A stretch of DNA of 64,000 bases from Octopus vulgaris (Eukaryota), in the NCBI GenBank assembly GCA_951406725.2, contig OX597816.1:66712001-66776000 (forward strand), read 5' to 3'. The position numbers were made by a program, and so were the translations under genes. The notes under the pieces were generated by a model, which saw only the letters and a program-made list of their open reading frames with translations, was not told where the DNA came from and did not search any database. Every line of letters begins with the position of its first letter. Positions within the stretch are counted from its first letter, which is position 1. Shown one piece after another: positions 26,775-39,495 of the stretch.

Positions 26775-27795
26775 ATGACAGATCTATCAGATTTTCAAAG
26801 AGGTCAGATTGTTGATGCTCGTATGGCAGGTGCTAGCGTAAAGAAAACAGCCGAAATGTTTGGTGTATCAAGAAGTACTGTCTTGAAAGTAATGACAGCC
26901 TTTGAGAAAGAACGAAAAACCTTGTCAAAACAAAACTCCGGAAGAAAACCAAAACTTCCAGATAGGGACCTTTGGACTCTTATGCGAATTGTGAGAAAGG
27001 ATCACAAAAGAGCTTAATGACCACCTCAAGAACCCAGTTTCCACAAAAATGTTCGCCGGGAGCTGCATAAAGCCAGATTTCACAGGAGGGCTGAAATAAG
27101 AAAACCATTACTTTCAAAAACAAACGTTGCAAAGCATTTAGAGTGGAGTAAAAACCTACAGAATTGGTCCCTAAAGCAGTGGAAGAATGTTATTTTTTTG
27201 GACGAGTCATCCTTTACCTTACTTCTGACCACCGGCCAAGTATACATGTGGAGACAGCCAAAAGAAGCATTTGATCCAGACTGCCTTCTTCCAACTGTTA
27301 AACATGGAAGAGAATCTGTGATGATCTGGTGGAAGGGGGGGGGGGGTATATCTTGGAAATCTACCAGCCCGATGATTTCCTTTCATGGCAGAATTAATAG
27401 TCAGGACTATTTAAGCATTTTATCTCATCAAATTCATCCTATAGTTGCAGAACTGTTTCCGGAGGGAAATGCAATCTTTCAGGATGATAATGCACCAATT
27501 CACACAGCTAAAGTTGTTACTGAATGGCACAAGGAACATTCTAGTGATGTTGAACATCTTATCTGACCACCACAGTCTCCAGGTCTCAATATTATTGAAC
27601 ATTTATGGTGCATTTTAGAAAAACATGTAAGGAGTCGATATCCTCCAGCATCATCGCTACAAAAACTGGAGACAGTTTTAGCTAAAGAATGGACAAAAGT
27701 TCCTTTGGTAACAATTCAAACTTTGTATGAGTCCATACCTCGTAGAATTCAAGCTGTAATTACCGCCAAAGGCGGTCCTACCCCATATCAAAATA
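26775..27795 (+). pseudogene. Inactivated Tc1-family transposase
   Basis: MTDLSDFQRGQIV (paired-like HTH), SGRKPKL, DESSF, FQDDNAPIH, *PPQSPGLNIIEHLW, GGPTPY; frameshifts near 27010-27050 and a TGA at 27564. Confidence 0.92.
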
Positions 27796-28355
27796 AATTT
27801 GTTTGAAATTTTAAGGTGTTTCCATTATTTTGTCCAACCCATGTACCTGTAAACTAGTGTTTCATTACATCTTATTATGTCCAAAAGGTAACTTGGTTAT
27901 TCAATAGATACATCAATAAAATAGCACCAGCTTAAGATTAAGTGCTGGAGCCAATATAATTGATGTAAAGTCATTGAAGGCAGTACCCCATGAAGGCCAA
28001 TAATCGAAATCAGCAAAAGAATATAAGTACACATACACATGCATCTTATAACATCCATGTCATGCCCTAGCTACAATACTTTCATATCCTCCCCATTAAT
28101 CAGTTCAGTCAAAATGAAGAACTGAGATTGGATGCTTTTCCTTGTATTGGCCCATGCAAGAAATGGTCTGTTTTAACTATACATGGAAATGTCAAATTGT
28201 AGGACTAAATTATCAAATGCATTAATCCAGATATGGCTATGGCTACGTAGCTATGCAGTCTGCTTAGTAATCACTTAGTTCAGGTTTGATCCTGTTGCAC
28301 AGCACTTGGCTAAATAGAAACTGAGCAGAAACCCATGGTGTGTGCATGCATGTGC

Positions 28356-28397
<42 letters not shown>

Positions 28398-28439
28398 GTA
28401 TGGAGGCAGCTTGATTAAATTGGTGTAAATCAATATAAA

Positions 28440-28806
28440 TATGTTGAAGTTGGATGGAGAGAAGGACGAACAACTGGGTACTAGAAAAGCTCAGTTGTGA
28501 GATGATGCTTCGGCGAAACATCATGAAACGGAAGCTACGGTTCTTTGGCCACATCATCATGAAGCAGAAGCTATGGTTCTTTGACCACGTCATGCGCTGG
28601 GATGGACTTGAGCGAACGATCATAACTGGCAAGGTGAACGGTAGACGTAAAAGAGGCAGACCACCCACTTCTTAGCTAAAAGACATCGCAGCCACAGGAT
28701 TGTCTTTATAACCAGCTGTCCATGGAGTAGAGGACAGGAGAAGGTGGCAAGACATCGTGATGACCACAGCATCGCATAGTGCAACACCTGACAAGGATGA
28801 TGATGA
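28440..28806 (+). mobile_element. RTE (BovB-like) LINE 3' end with (GAT)n tail
   Basis: RKLRFFGHI..RWDGLERTIITGKVNGRRKRGRPPTS*LKDI..EDRRRWQDIV, followed by gatgatgatga. Confidence 0.88.
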
Positions 28807-29147
28807 CGTTGTAGTCGAAGCTGTAAAAAGGAGTTGACTGTCTAAAGGGTCATAAATGCAGTAAAACTTAAACCATTCAACAAAATAAAGTAAAGGTAGT
28901 GCCCCAAGACAACAGCCATCTAATCACTGAAACCTGTAAAAGAGTATACATTACTATGCTGAATCAGTTGAGATCATGTCTTGAAGAGTGAGTCTTCTAA
29001 TTCTGCAAATGAACCATGGATTCTAGGTTTAAAAATGTCTGAAATAACTTTAGAGAATTACCATCCTTGCTAGCAACAGATGGGGAATTATATGATACCT
29101 GTGGCTAGAAATTTGTTCCTAGGTGGAATTTATTTTATCTAGATAGA

Positions 29148-29410
29148 GATCATCATCATTTAACGTCCGCTTTCCATGCTAGCATGGGTTGGACGATTTG
29201 ACTGAGGACTGGTGAAACAGATGGCTGTACCAGCCTCCAATCTGATGTGGCAGAGTTTCTATAGCTGGATGCCCTTCCTAACGCCAACCACTCTGAGAGT
29301 GTAGTGGGTGCTTTTACATGCCACTGGCATGAGGGCCAGTCTGGCAGTACTGGCAACTGCCATGTTCAAATGGTGTTTGAACAGGAGCCAGTCCAGTGGC
29401 ACTGGCAATC
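29148..29410 (-). mobile_element. SINE family D
   Basis: Reverse complement of family-D core and modules. Confidence 0.85.
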
Positions 29411-29957
29411 AAGATAAAAAGTTCCATACCCCCAGGATTTTATTAGTACTTACTTCCTTGATACCAAAAGTGATGAAAGGCAAATGCAACAACGGTGAGA
29501 TTTGAGCATCACCATATCAAAGTGGTGACCCCACCATTTCAGATACTACAGAACATCCAATATTGGTAAAAGAACTGATACAAAAAGAATCCAATGTGGC
29601 TGCCTCACTATTGTATGCAACTTATAGAACACACCAAGGTTGTCTCTGCTTTTCATCCATTATGATAGGCACTAAAATATGTACCAATACAACACTGGAA
29701 CATAATATTCTTGTTCACCCTCTTTCTCTCTTTCTAATTCTCTGATCATCATCATCATCCTCATCTTTCTTTCATTGATACACCAGTTAAATTTTATTTG
29801 AAAATGCAAAGTCATTTTTTTAAGTACTTAAAGTGATTTGTACATAAAATAAAGTTATCTAAGTTTTACACACATTTCATTCATCAACAATAAATTCAAA
29901 TAGCTTTTATTGCTTTTATGTCAAGTTATAAATAAAAACATTTTAATATCAAACTCA

Positions 29958-30470
29958 ATAAGGCGGCGAGCTGGCAGAATCGTTATTGCATCAGGCAAAA
30001 TGCTTTGTGGCACTTCGTCAGTCTTTACGTCATGAGTTCAAATTCCACAGAGGTTGACTTAGCCTTTCATCTTTTCAGGGTCAATAAAATAAGTACCAGT
30101 TGAGCTAGTTTTCCACCACCTTTCTTAAAAATCGTGGTAGAGGCCTTGGTCTCGGGACTACTCATGTCTAGAAACTGAGGTTGGGGGTAAGCAAGGACAT
30201 GCTCCTCTGTAGAAAATCCAGCTCCAAAAAAGCCTCATGATAGCAAAGGAGAATGGGCACCAGCCAGCCCAAAGGTTGGGGTGGGCTGCACCTGCCTATC
30301 TCAGTTCCTATGGCATTGAGGTAGATCCGGCCAACCCCACCATTAACGGGGACAAAACCAGGATTGAAAACACTGGATGATGAGCAGGAGGAGGAGGACT
30401 GAGGTCAATTTAATTGGCTTATCCTGTCCCCGAAATTGCTAACCTTGTCTCAAAATTTGAAACCAATATT
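29958..30470 (+). mobile_element. Family-B-like SINE interrupted by a second GC-rich retroposon (~30106-30398)
   Basis: Family-B head and central domain break at 'agttgagc' and resume at 'actgaggtcaatttaattg'; the insert ends in a GAT/GAG-type tail. Confidence 0.65.
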
Positions 30471-31139
30471 AAACTCAATACTCAAGCTTATTAAGCTTTT
30501 ATAAGAGAGGAGAGAGTGACTTCAAAGTTTCAGTTTGCTGGCCTTCATTGAACTGTCCACCATAGGCTAGCAGGCCGTAACTTTGAAGTCACTGCCACTT
30601 CTCTTATTGTAAAACTTTATACACAGACAGACAGGCAGGCAGAGGGGCATAGACAGATATACACACAGAAAGACAGGTATACATACAGAGACAAACAGTT
30701 GGATGAAAAATGTGGCTTATGTGGAAGTAGAACAACAATTCCCATAACCTATGATTGATCAACAAAGCTGATCAATGATAGGTTATGTGTATTGTCAAAC
30801 AAAAAGCAATACAAAGAGACTCGACTTTATGTTGCTGTATACTCTAATAAAATGGGAGTCAAAACTGGTGGTGAGTTATGCAGGGAGGTGGTGAAGCAAA
30901 CTACGAAACTAATGATTGGATGAGAAATATGTCAGGCATAAGAGAAAAATTTTGAATAGATGCCAAAGGGTAGTACTTTTGCATAGAAGACCATCATGCT
31001 CGACATTTATCAAGAATTTTACACATGTTAAAAAGCTATTGCTTTTATTTATGATAGGTTCAGCTTCAAAGAAGGATTATGCATACAGCGGAGGCAACAA
31101 ATTGAAATGATTCATTTAGAAGATACTAAATGAATGCAT

Positions 31140-31282
31140 AATGATGCAGGAGTATGATGTGACAAGAGAGAGAGAAAGAGTATGATGTAACGAGAGAGAG
31201 AGAATATGATGTAACAAGAGAGAGAAAGAGTGTGATGTGACAAGAGAGAAAGAGTATAATGTGACAAGAGAGAGAGAAAGAG
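31140..31282 (+). repeat. Minisatellite, about 5 copies of ~agtatgatgtgacaagagagagagaa
   Basis: Directly visible tandem units of about 22-28 bp. Confidence 0.85.
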
Positions 31283-31744
31283 ACAGACAGACAAAGTGTG
31301 CGTGTGTGTGTGAATTTTTGGTACAGGCAGCAAACTGAAGATCACAGTTTAAATTGTTTGTAGAAAAAATTTACACCCCATGGACATAAACATTATCACA
31401 TGTGGCATATCTGATGACATTTTTTGGTTAAATTCAATTACAGATACCACATTCCTGTACTCATTATCACTGAGAAACACATTTTGTACGAGGGTATGTA
31501 TGTGCATGCATATTATAAACTAAATTGGATATGAGGTTATGAGGAAACCTGTACTGTTAGAAATAACAGCCAAATAGCTCTTTAAATTACACCTAACCCT
31601 TTTTAAAGCAGAAAGGGAAGTCACATTAGATAATGTGGTTCTAGATACACTGGAACAAAACAAAGACGGCAGGGGACACATCAAGAATGCATGACCAATG
31701 ATCTGGTCAATCAGAAACAGGCTGAAGCTAAACAAGAACCGGGT

Positions 31745-31960
31745 AGAAACGTTAGCAAGCCGGGCGAAATGCTTAGCGGTATTTCGTCTGCCGCTACGTT
31801 CTGAGTTCAAATTCCACTGAGATTGACTTTGCCTTTCATCCTTTCGGAGTCGATTAAATAAGTACCAGTTATGCACTGGAGTCGATGTAATCGACTTAAT
31901 TTTTCTGTCCATGTTTGTCCCTTCTGTGTTTAGCCCCTTCTGGGCAATAAAGAAACAAGA
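31745..31960 (+). mobile_element. SINE family B
   Basis: Matches other family-B copies; ends 'gggcaataaagaaacaag'. Confidence 0.85.
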
Positions 31961-32004
31961 ATTGATTTCATTAGTAGAAAACCTGGTGTAGAAACTGACT
32001 TTAA

Positions 32005-32211
32005 CCTTTTAGCATTCAGATTACTCTGTCAGAAGTGATGCATATTATCTCACATCATTTTGAATTAATCATTCATTATCTTATAGCTTTAAGATTTCAA
32101 TGATGTGATTGTTTGTTTTTAGAATGACATTATAGGGTAGGTGTGAGAGGTCAGATCTCACAATAGACAGAATATTTTAGGCCTGATATGGTCAGTTTAG
32201 ATGCCAAAGGG
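32005..32211. mobile_element. piggyBac-type MITE (family P1)
   Basis: TTAA flanks, cctttt.../...aaaggg ends; second copy at 37246-37465. Confidence 0.8.
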
Positions 32212-32893
32212 TTAAGTTTGACAGTTTGCCACGGTCGAGTTAGCTCCTCTCTATAGCAAAGAGAGAAAGAAAGGGTAGAGTTTTAACTTTAACATATTGG
32301 CTCCCACATGACCCACTGGAAGCTTGTAGCAGTAAGTTTGCAAGAGTCACATGACCCTCTGGTGGGCCACCTAATTTCTTTTCTATGAGACTTTTGGGAG
32401 CTAGTATGTTACAATTGCTTAAATATGCAACTATGGTACACCAGAATATTTCTTCTATATAATTTTTTTTTTCATTTACCATTTGATCTTCACATTTATA
32501 AAATTGGGTTTCATCATGTAATGAGGTAAAATAAAAGACTTGAGTATACAAAAAATATATAACTAGGAAAACAGAAGGTACCAAACAATCCACCAGTGGG
32601 TTGTGCAAAAAAAGATACTATATGATCCTTGTTTTACATATGATACAGTGAAAAAAAATTTATGGCACTCGTATCAAAATTAATTGAGATACTGTATTGG
32701 GACTCTGAGATGCCAACATGTTTAATATGTAGAACATGTGAAACTACAACACTAGTTGAACCAAGTAGAAAAACTTCAAGGTGGAAGAATCAATGTGAAG
32801 GAAATCTCCTTTCAATTCATACAGAAGTTAGCAAATGCGAAGGACTGTCTTATCTAATATTCTACATTGAAATAATTCAGGTTTGACCATTAC

Positions 32894-33125
32894 CTATTTC
32901 TTTACTAACCACAAGGAGCTAAACACAGAGGGGACAAACAAGGACAGACAAACGTATTAAGTCGATTACATCGACCCCAGTGTGTAACTGGTACTTAATT
33001 TATCGACCCTGAAAGGATGAAAGGCAAAGTCGACCTCGGCGGAATTTGAACTCAGAACGTAGTGACAGATGAAATACTGCTAGGTATTTCGTCTGGCGTG
33101 CTAACAATTCTGCCAGCTCGCTGCC
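32894..33125 (-). mobile_element. SINE family B monomer with TSD
   Basis: ttgaccattac repeated at 32883-32893 and 33126-33136. Confidence 0.9.
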
Positions 33126-33857
33126 TTGACCATTACTACCTCCTACAGAACTAAAACTGGGTAAACTGTTTATCTTTTATCCTTTCATTCGTTAAAGTCA
33201 TTGAACTGTGGCCATGCGGGGTATCATCTTGAAGGGTTTTAGTCAAACCAATCAATTTTAGTACTTTCTTTTTTTAAGTTTGATACTTAGTTTGATACTT
33301 CTGCCAAACTGCTAGGTTACAAGAACATAAACAAACCAACACTGATTGTCAGGCAGTGATGAGGGATGAACACAAATAAAAAGACACACATGCACACATA
33401 AAATTAATAATAAAACGAGCAGTGCTGGGGTGCGCTGATATATCTTAAAGAAAGTAGTCAATCTTGCTCTCTACTAATTAACCAATTTCCCAACATATTT
33501 TGTAATGTCCAGAGCAAGTATTTTATTTGTCCACTGAGCAATTGCTCCGGTTGACTTTATTTACTAAGTGAGTGCCTGACTGAACCAAATGACACAGTGG
33601 TCAGACAATGATCTGATCAACAAGATTTTTTAAAATACTTAATGGTATGATACATGACCACTAAAGCCATCACCTTACAGTCCATTGTTGGGAACTAATA
33701 AAAAAACAATGCTTAAAGATGAAGAGTAGAGAGAAAAATGAATGAATTATAAAGAACTTATAAAATGTCCAAGAAGAAAAATTCAGCAAGAATATCACAG
33801 ATTATTAAGACAATTTTGAGAGCATTGCCATTGAAAGAAAACACTGATAAAATAATC

Positions 33858-34300
33858 TACTCTTTTACTTGTTTCAGTCATTTGACTGTAGCCATGCTGG
33901 AGCACTGCATTTAGTCGAGCAAATAGACCACAGGACTTATTATTTGTAAGCCTAGTACTTATTCTATTGGTCTCTTTTGCCAAACTGCTAAGTTACGGGG
34001 ACATAAACACACCAGTATCGGTTGTCAAGCGATTTTGGGGGGACAAACACAGACACAAACACATATATATATATATGACGGGCTTCTTTCAGTTTCCATC
34101 TACCAAATCCACTCACAAGGCTTTGGTCGGCCTGAGGCTATAGTAGAAGACACTTGCCCAAGGTGTCACGCATTGGGACTGAACCTGGAACCATGTGGTT
34201 CGTAAGCAAGCTACAACCACTCCTATATATATATATATATGTATATCAAAATCAAATTCAATGACTAGCAAGCTACTTACCACATAACCACCCCTACGCC
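33858..34300 (-). mobile_element. SINE family A
   Basis: Near full-length match to the other family-A copies. Confidence 0.88.
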
Positions 34301-35084
34301 TATTGCAAAATAATTTTGAAATGCATAAAAGTAAAGAGAAAAATTGAAAAACGAGACATGTCAAAAAGTTGATAAAACACATGATTGTTGACTACCTTAA
34401 CTGGTTTTTTTTTTTTCATACAACTTTATCAAGACTATTAATGTTAACAGCATGTGATGGACAGATACTGAAATTGGGTTACACACCAAGATATCTGAGT
34501 TATCAGCTTAACAAATTGATTTGTCTAGGTGTCAGTAGTAATTAAAATTGTAGAAAGATGTATATAATGAAATCTCACTAGCACCTAGAACTAAATTTTC
34601 TTCTTTTTATCTCCACTGCCATCCACTTTACTAACCAAAGCCATATCTTAATAATGTGTGTGAAGAAATTTAGAGAAGAGTATCATCATTAATTAACAAA
34701 ACAACAATATCATATTTCTAAACCCCTCCCCCCTTCTGCTTCTGTATTTTTTAATGAAAATACCAACTAGTTTTCTGTCTAAATGTGTGGTGCAAACTAA
34801 AATAATGTCTGAAAGAAAATTGACTATTTTCTTATGGAAATTATTATAGATTCTATCAATATATCCAACCTGCTACATGTGTACTATCAGACTATCTTGT
34901 CACTGTCAAAAAGTGCCTGAGAAACCGAATGTCATCAAAATTACAGTTGGAAAAAATACTTTGCATAAAGAATGGCAGTGGTTACCAACCTTTTCTGCAC
35001 TACAGTCTGGTTTTAGCAAGATTTTCCACAAGAAGATTACATGCATAACAAAACACAATAACATGCATAATAGATAATTCAATT

Positions 35085-35540
35085 ATTGAAATCAAATTCG
35101 ATGACTGGCATCTGTGCTAGTGGAGTGCTAAGAGCACCATCCAAGCATGATCGTTGCTAGAGCAACTGACTGGCTTTCGTGCTGGTGGTACATAAAAAGC
35201 ACCATTCGAGTGTAATCGTTACCAGCGTTGCCTTACCAGCACTTGTGCCAGTGGAACGTGAAAAAACATTCGGGCGAGGTCGTTGCCAGTGCCGCTGGAC
35301 TGGCTCCTGTGCAGGTGGCACATGAAAAACACCATTTGAGCATAGCCATTGCCAGTACTGCCTGACTGGCCCTCGTGCTGGTGACATGTAAAAGCACCCA
35401 CTACACTCTCAGAATGGTTGGCATTAGGAAGGGCATCCAGCTGTAGAAACTGCCAGATCAGATTAGAGCCTGGTAGCACATCTCCACATCATAGTTTAAG
35501 TAGTCCTCAGTCAAATCATCCAACTCATGCTAGCATGGAA
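35085..35540 (+). mobile_element. SINE family D with about 5 modules
   Basis: Repeated gtgcNggtggcac-A-rich-cacc modules before the family-D core. Confidence 0.85.
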
Positions 35541-36379
35541 AGTCTTTTGAGCATCCTGTCTCAAAAACATAATTCTGATATAGCAGTGTACAATATCATC
35601 ATTATCATTATTTAACCACTGGTTCTGTAGACTCTGATAGTAAATAATATAGAAATATAATTTTAAAATCTATTTTTTCTGTACAGCCCTGTGGTTGGAG
35701 AATCCTGAAGTATAGTTTTTTAATAATCAACACATAAGTATGTTTTCTAAAATTGTTACTAGTAACAAGAGATCTAATTTAATAAAAAAATTACTGCCCC
35801 TGGTGCCATGCAGTGGGACTGAACCTGAAACCACATGATTGGGAAGCAACTATAGTTGTTTTTGGTTAACCCTACATCAACCCTAATCAAGCAGATCCAT
35901 GATTACAAGCATTCCAGAAATTGCCATCTTAATTTTTTACCTAGATGTGGTGTATCTAGCAATATACTGTATGATAGATATGTGCAACTCATGCCAGCTA
36001 GGAAAAAAAAACAGATAACAAAATATTGATAATGAAAATGATTTTCTTCTAAATTAATTAAATGGAAATTAAAATTAGACTGAACACTTTATGGCTATCA
36101 TACAGGAGATGAGCATTTATATACAGCTTGAAGTAAAATGGACAAGAAGTATGTGATGCTATAATGCATGTTGCTAATGATTAGCAGATGGTCTGAAAAA
36201 ATTTTTAAAAAAAGGAAGGAGACACTTGATAATGTTGTCCTAGATACACCACATCTAGGTAAAAAAATTAAGATGGCAATTTCTGGAATGCTTGTAATCA
36301 TGGATCTGCTTGATTAGGGTTGATGTAGGGTTAACCAAAAACAACTATAGTTGCTTCCCAATCATGTGGTTTGTGTTAA

Positions 36380-36748
36380 TACTGAAATCGATTAAAAATC
36401 AATGGAAATTGTAGTTGTGATACTAGTGCCGGAGGCACATAAAAGAACCATCCAAACGTGGCCATTGCCAGCGCTGCCTTGACTGGCTTCCGTGCCGGTG
36501 GCACATAAAAAGCACCAACCGATCGTGGCTGTTGCCAGCCTCGCCTGGCACCTGTTGCCGGTGGCGCGTAAAAAGCACCCACTACACTCACGGAGTGGTC
36601 GGTGTTAGGAAGGGCATCCAGCTGTAGAAACACTGCCAGATCAGACTGGAGCCTGGTGCAGCCTTCTGGCTTCCCAGACCCAAGTCGAACCATCCAACCC
36701 ATGCTAGCATGGAAAGCGGACGTTAAACGATGATGATCATCATCATCA
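36380..36748 (+). mobile_element. SINE family D
   Basis: 3 modules, core and GAT tail. Confidence 0.88.
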
Positions 36749-37245
36749 TTAGGGTGAACTATAATAAAAGCAACATCAACAAATCATAATAGGCCCATCA
36801 TTTGCTTGGAAATAGGGAAGGGTTAGCAAAAAGAAGGGCATCAGGTTGCAGAAATTCTGCCTCAAAAAATTCTATCTGATCTGTGCATGCATGGAAAAGT
36901 GGATATTCAATGATGATGATGATGATGATAATACAACAGCATTACTAAAGCTATGAAAGATATGGATAAACAGAAAAGTTAAACAAAATGAGTGGCTAGG
37001 GTCCTAAACTACTAGTTCAACAACAACAATGCCGCTGCCACCACCACCACCACCACCACCACCACCATCAATTATCTATAACTTGCACTTGAGTTAATCA
37101 GGATGACAGATGCACCATATCCCATTCCATCATCAATATTCTATATCCGTTGCAGCATCACTGTTCACTATCAAGTTCTTGAGCATGGTTTTGGGAGCCT
37201 CGCATGAGATGGTTCTTAGATGATAACTCAGCAAGCAGAGTTTAA

Positions 37246-37465
37246 CCCTTTAGCGTTCAAATTAATATGTCAGAAGTAATCCTTATTCATTTACATTTTA
37301 AAAAATTTATTTGATATTATCTTGTAGCTTCAAGATTTGAAAGATGTAATTGTTTATTTTTAGAATGACATTGCAGGGTAGGTGTGAGATGCTGGTTCTG
37401 GCCAGTTTGAGCATAAAATGAGTAGAATCTTCGGGCCGGATATAGCCGGTTTAAACACTAAAGGG
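37246..37465. mobile_element. piggyBac-type MITE (family P1)
   Basis: TTAA|ccctttagcgtt ... aacactaaaggg|TTAA. Confidence 0.85.
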
Positions 37466-38019
37466 TTAAGGAGGAAATTTACTTCTATTTATTGGAGCAG
37501 GTATGACAATATCTATATTTAAGTTGACTTACTTTTTTATCCATCTTTCATTGATGCCAAGGCAAACTGTGGCAGAACAAAGTAAATAGTTAAAATAGAT
37601 AAGATTTGGACTTATTAACTTAGAGGCCTCGTGCTCAAATCCATCACAAGCATTTTCTTAAGCATTTAAGCTTCATACTTAATTTCTATACATTCAATTC
37701 ATCTATCTGCCAGATGAAGTTTCTCGATCTGGGAATGCATGTCACATTATATTGGTATCCTACCCGAGGAGATATTAGTCCATTATCTACTTTTTGCTAT
37801 GAAACTGGAACTGCAAACCAGATCTTAACCTCTTAGAGCTTTGGAAACATTTACACTACAGAGATGGGCAATAAAAGGCTTTCACTAATCCAGTCTTAGT
37901 GTTTGAGCATTTTAAATCTTTTCTCTTGGGTTATGGTGAGTCAAATAACCAACTAGACTGACTTGATAGGCAGATAAATAAAATCACATTAATACAAATA
38001 AAAATAAAAATTACATTAC

Positions 38020-38135
38020 CAGTTTGGTAGAAATTAGAGTATATATGGTGTCTGTAAGAAACGTTTCTCCCAAAAAGTAATAAACTGAAAAACCATAAAA
38101 AGGTACTCACCTGTAAATAAAAAGAAACAAAAATA
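38020..38135 (-). promoter_or_regulatory. Candidate recursive splice site (3'SS fused to 5'SS) with 91-nt cryptic exon
   Basis: Minus strand ttttgtttctttttatttaCAG|GTGAGT at 38111/38110; second donor CTG|GTAATG at 38020/38019; lies in non-repetitive sequence. Confidence 0.5.
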
Positions 38136-38807
38136 ATGGTAAAATACAGTTCACAGAAATGACAGCAGATAATTATATTACGGTTTACTTTGTTTATTTA
38201 ACAACAGAAAATTAACTTAAATTCCTTGGCCTATCAAGATCCTGAACTAATGATCTCAAAGTTAGTAGGCTGATACACTAACAACCTGAGTAAATGCTAC
38301 TCTTGGTGCTGTAGTGGTAGGATGACTGAGTGGATGAGGTATTACACTGTCTATTCATGGCACACAAGTTCAAATCTATTGTAAGCTTTTTGTTTCTAGA
38401 TAGTATTCTCAATTCTATACTACCTTAGTTAGAAGATTCATTACAAAATGCTTTTAAATAAAGTTCATGCAATAGACTCGTGTACACCAGGCAGGGAGTT
38501 ATTTCCTTACTTTGTACCATAAGACCATAGTTAATCCCCATCCTCTAATACTCTCTTGATGATTTGAAGGCATTTACATTAAATCTCAGATCTGGATTAT
38601 TTTGAACCTAATGGATCTCTTGCAGCTTCTGTTAGACTTTGGTAATTCCATTTGTGCTGAGTACACTGTCCTAGAGATTAGAAAATCTAGTACTTTGCAA
38701 TTTATACTCCTAGAATATTAAGCCAACCATCCTGTAACCCAAGCAGTGCATAACAAAATAGGTCAAATTTCAGTCAGCTTATCAGTGTCAAATAGAAGTC
38801 TTAATAT

Positions 38808-39215
38808 GCTCTTTTATTTGTTTCAGTCATTTGACTGCGGCCATGCTGGAGCACCACCTTTAGTCAAGCAAATCGACCCCAGGACGTATTCTTGGTAAGC
38901 CTAGTACTTATTCTATCGGTCCCTTTTGCCGAACCGCTAAGTTACAGAGACATTAACACAACCAGCATCAGTTGTCAAGCGATGTTGGCGGGACAAACAC
39001 AGACACACAAACATACATATATATATATACATATACGACGGGCTTCTTTCAGTTTCCGTCTACCAAATCCACTCACAAGGCTTTGGTTGGCCTGAGGCTA
39101 TAGTAGAAGACACTTGCCCAATGTGCCACGCAGTGGGACTGAAAGCTAGTAGGACTGAACCCAGAACCATGTGGTTCGTAAGCAAGCTACTTACCACACA
39201 GCCATTCCTGCGCCT
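38808..39215 (-). mobile_element. SINE family A
   Basis: Near full-length match to the other family-A copies. Confidence 0.9.
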
Positions 39216-39495
39216 ATGCTATATAGATTCTGTGTTAGTAGTGTCTGACATCAATTCTAGTAATTGGCTCTCCTTTGAGAACATTCACTGAGTATTCAAA
39301 AAGAAGGAAGTATACATGAATACCTATTGGGTTTTCAAAAAGGGACTGTATATGGATATGTATATGTGGTTATTTGAATGTCTCCTTTTTCCATACCTTT
39401 TTGAGTTAGATGAGGGTTCACTGGGGCATATTTCTATGGCCAGATGCTCCACTTGTCACCAATGCTCAACTGTTCCTAAGTAAAGTAATATTTTC

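Larger units (their letters stand above)
25626..27843 (+). mobile_element. Tc1/mariner DNA transposon, DD36E (Incomer-like), with ~970-bp internal insertion
   Basis: 30-bp TIRs 25626-25655 and 27814-27843 (1 mismatch), TA duplications on both sides, transposase remnant inside. Confidence 0.95.

Noticed and set aside
35100-35400. CRISPR-like repeat/spacer pattern
   Set aside because: These are internal SINE modules in eukaryotic DNA; the spacers are related to each other and there are no cas genes.
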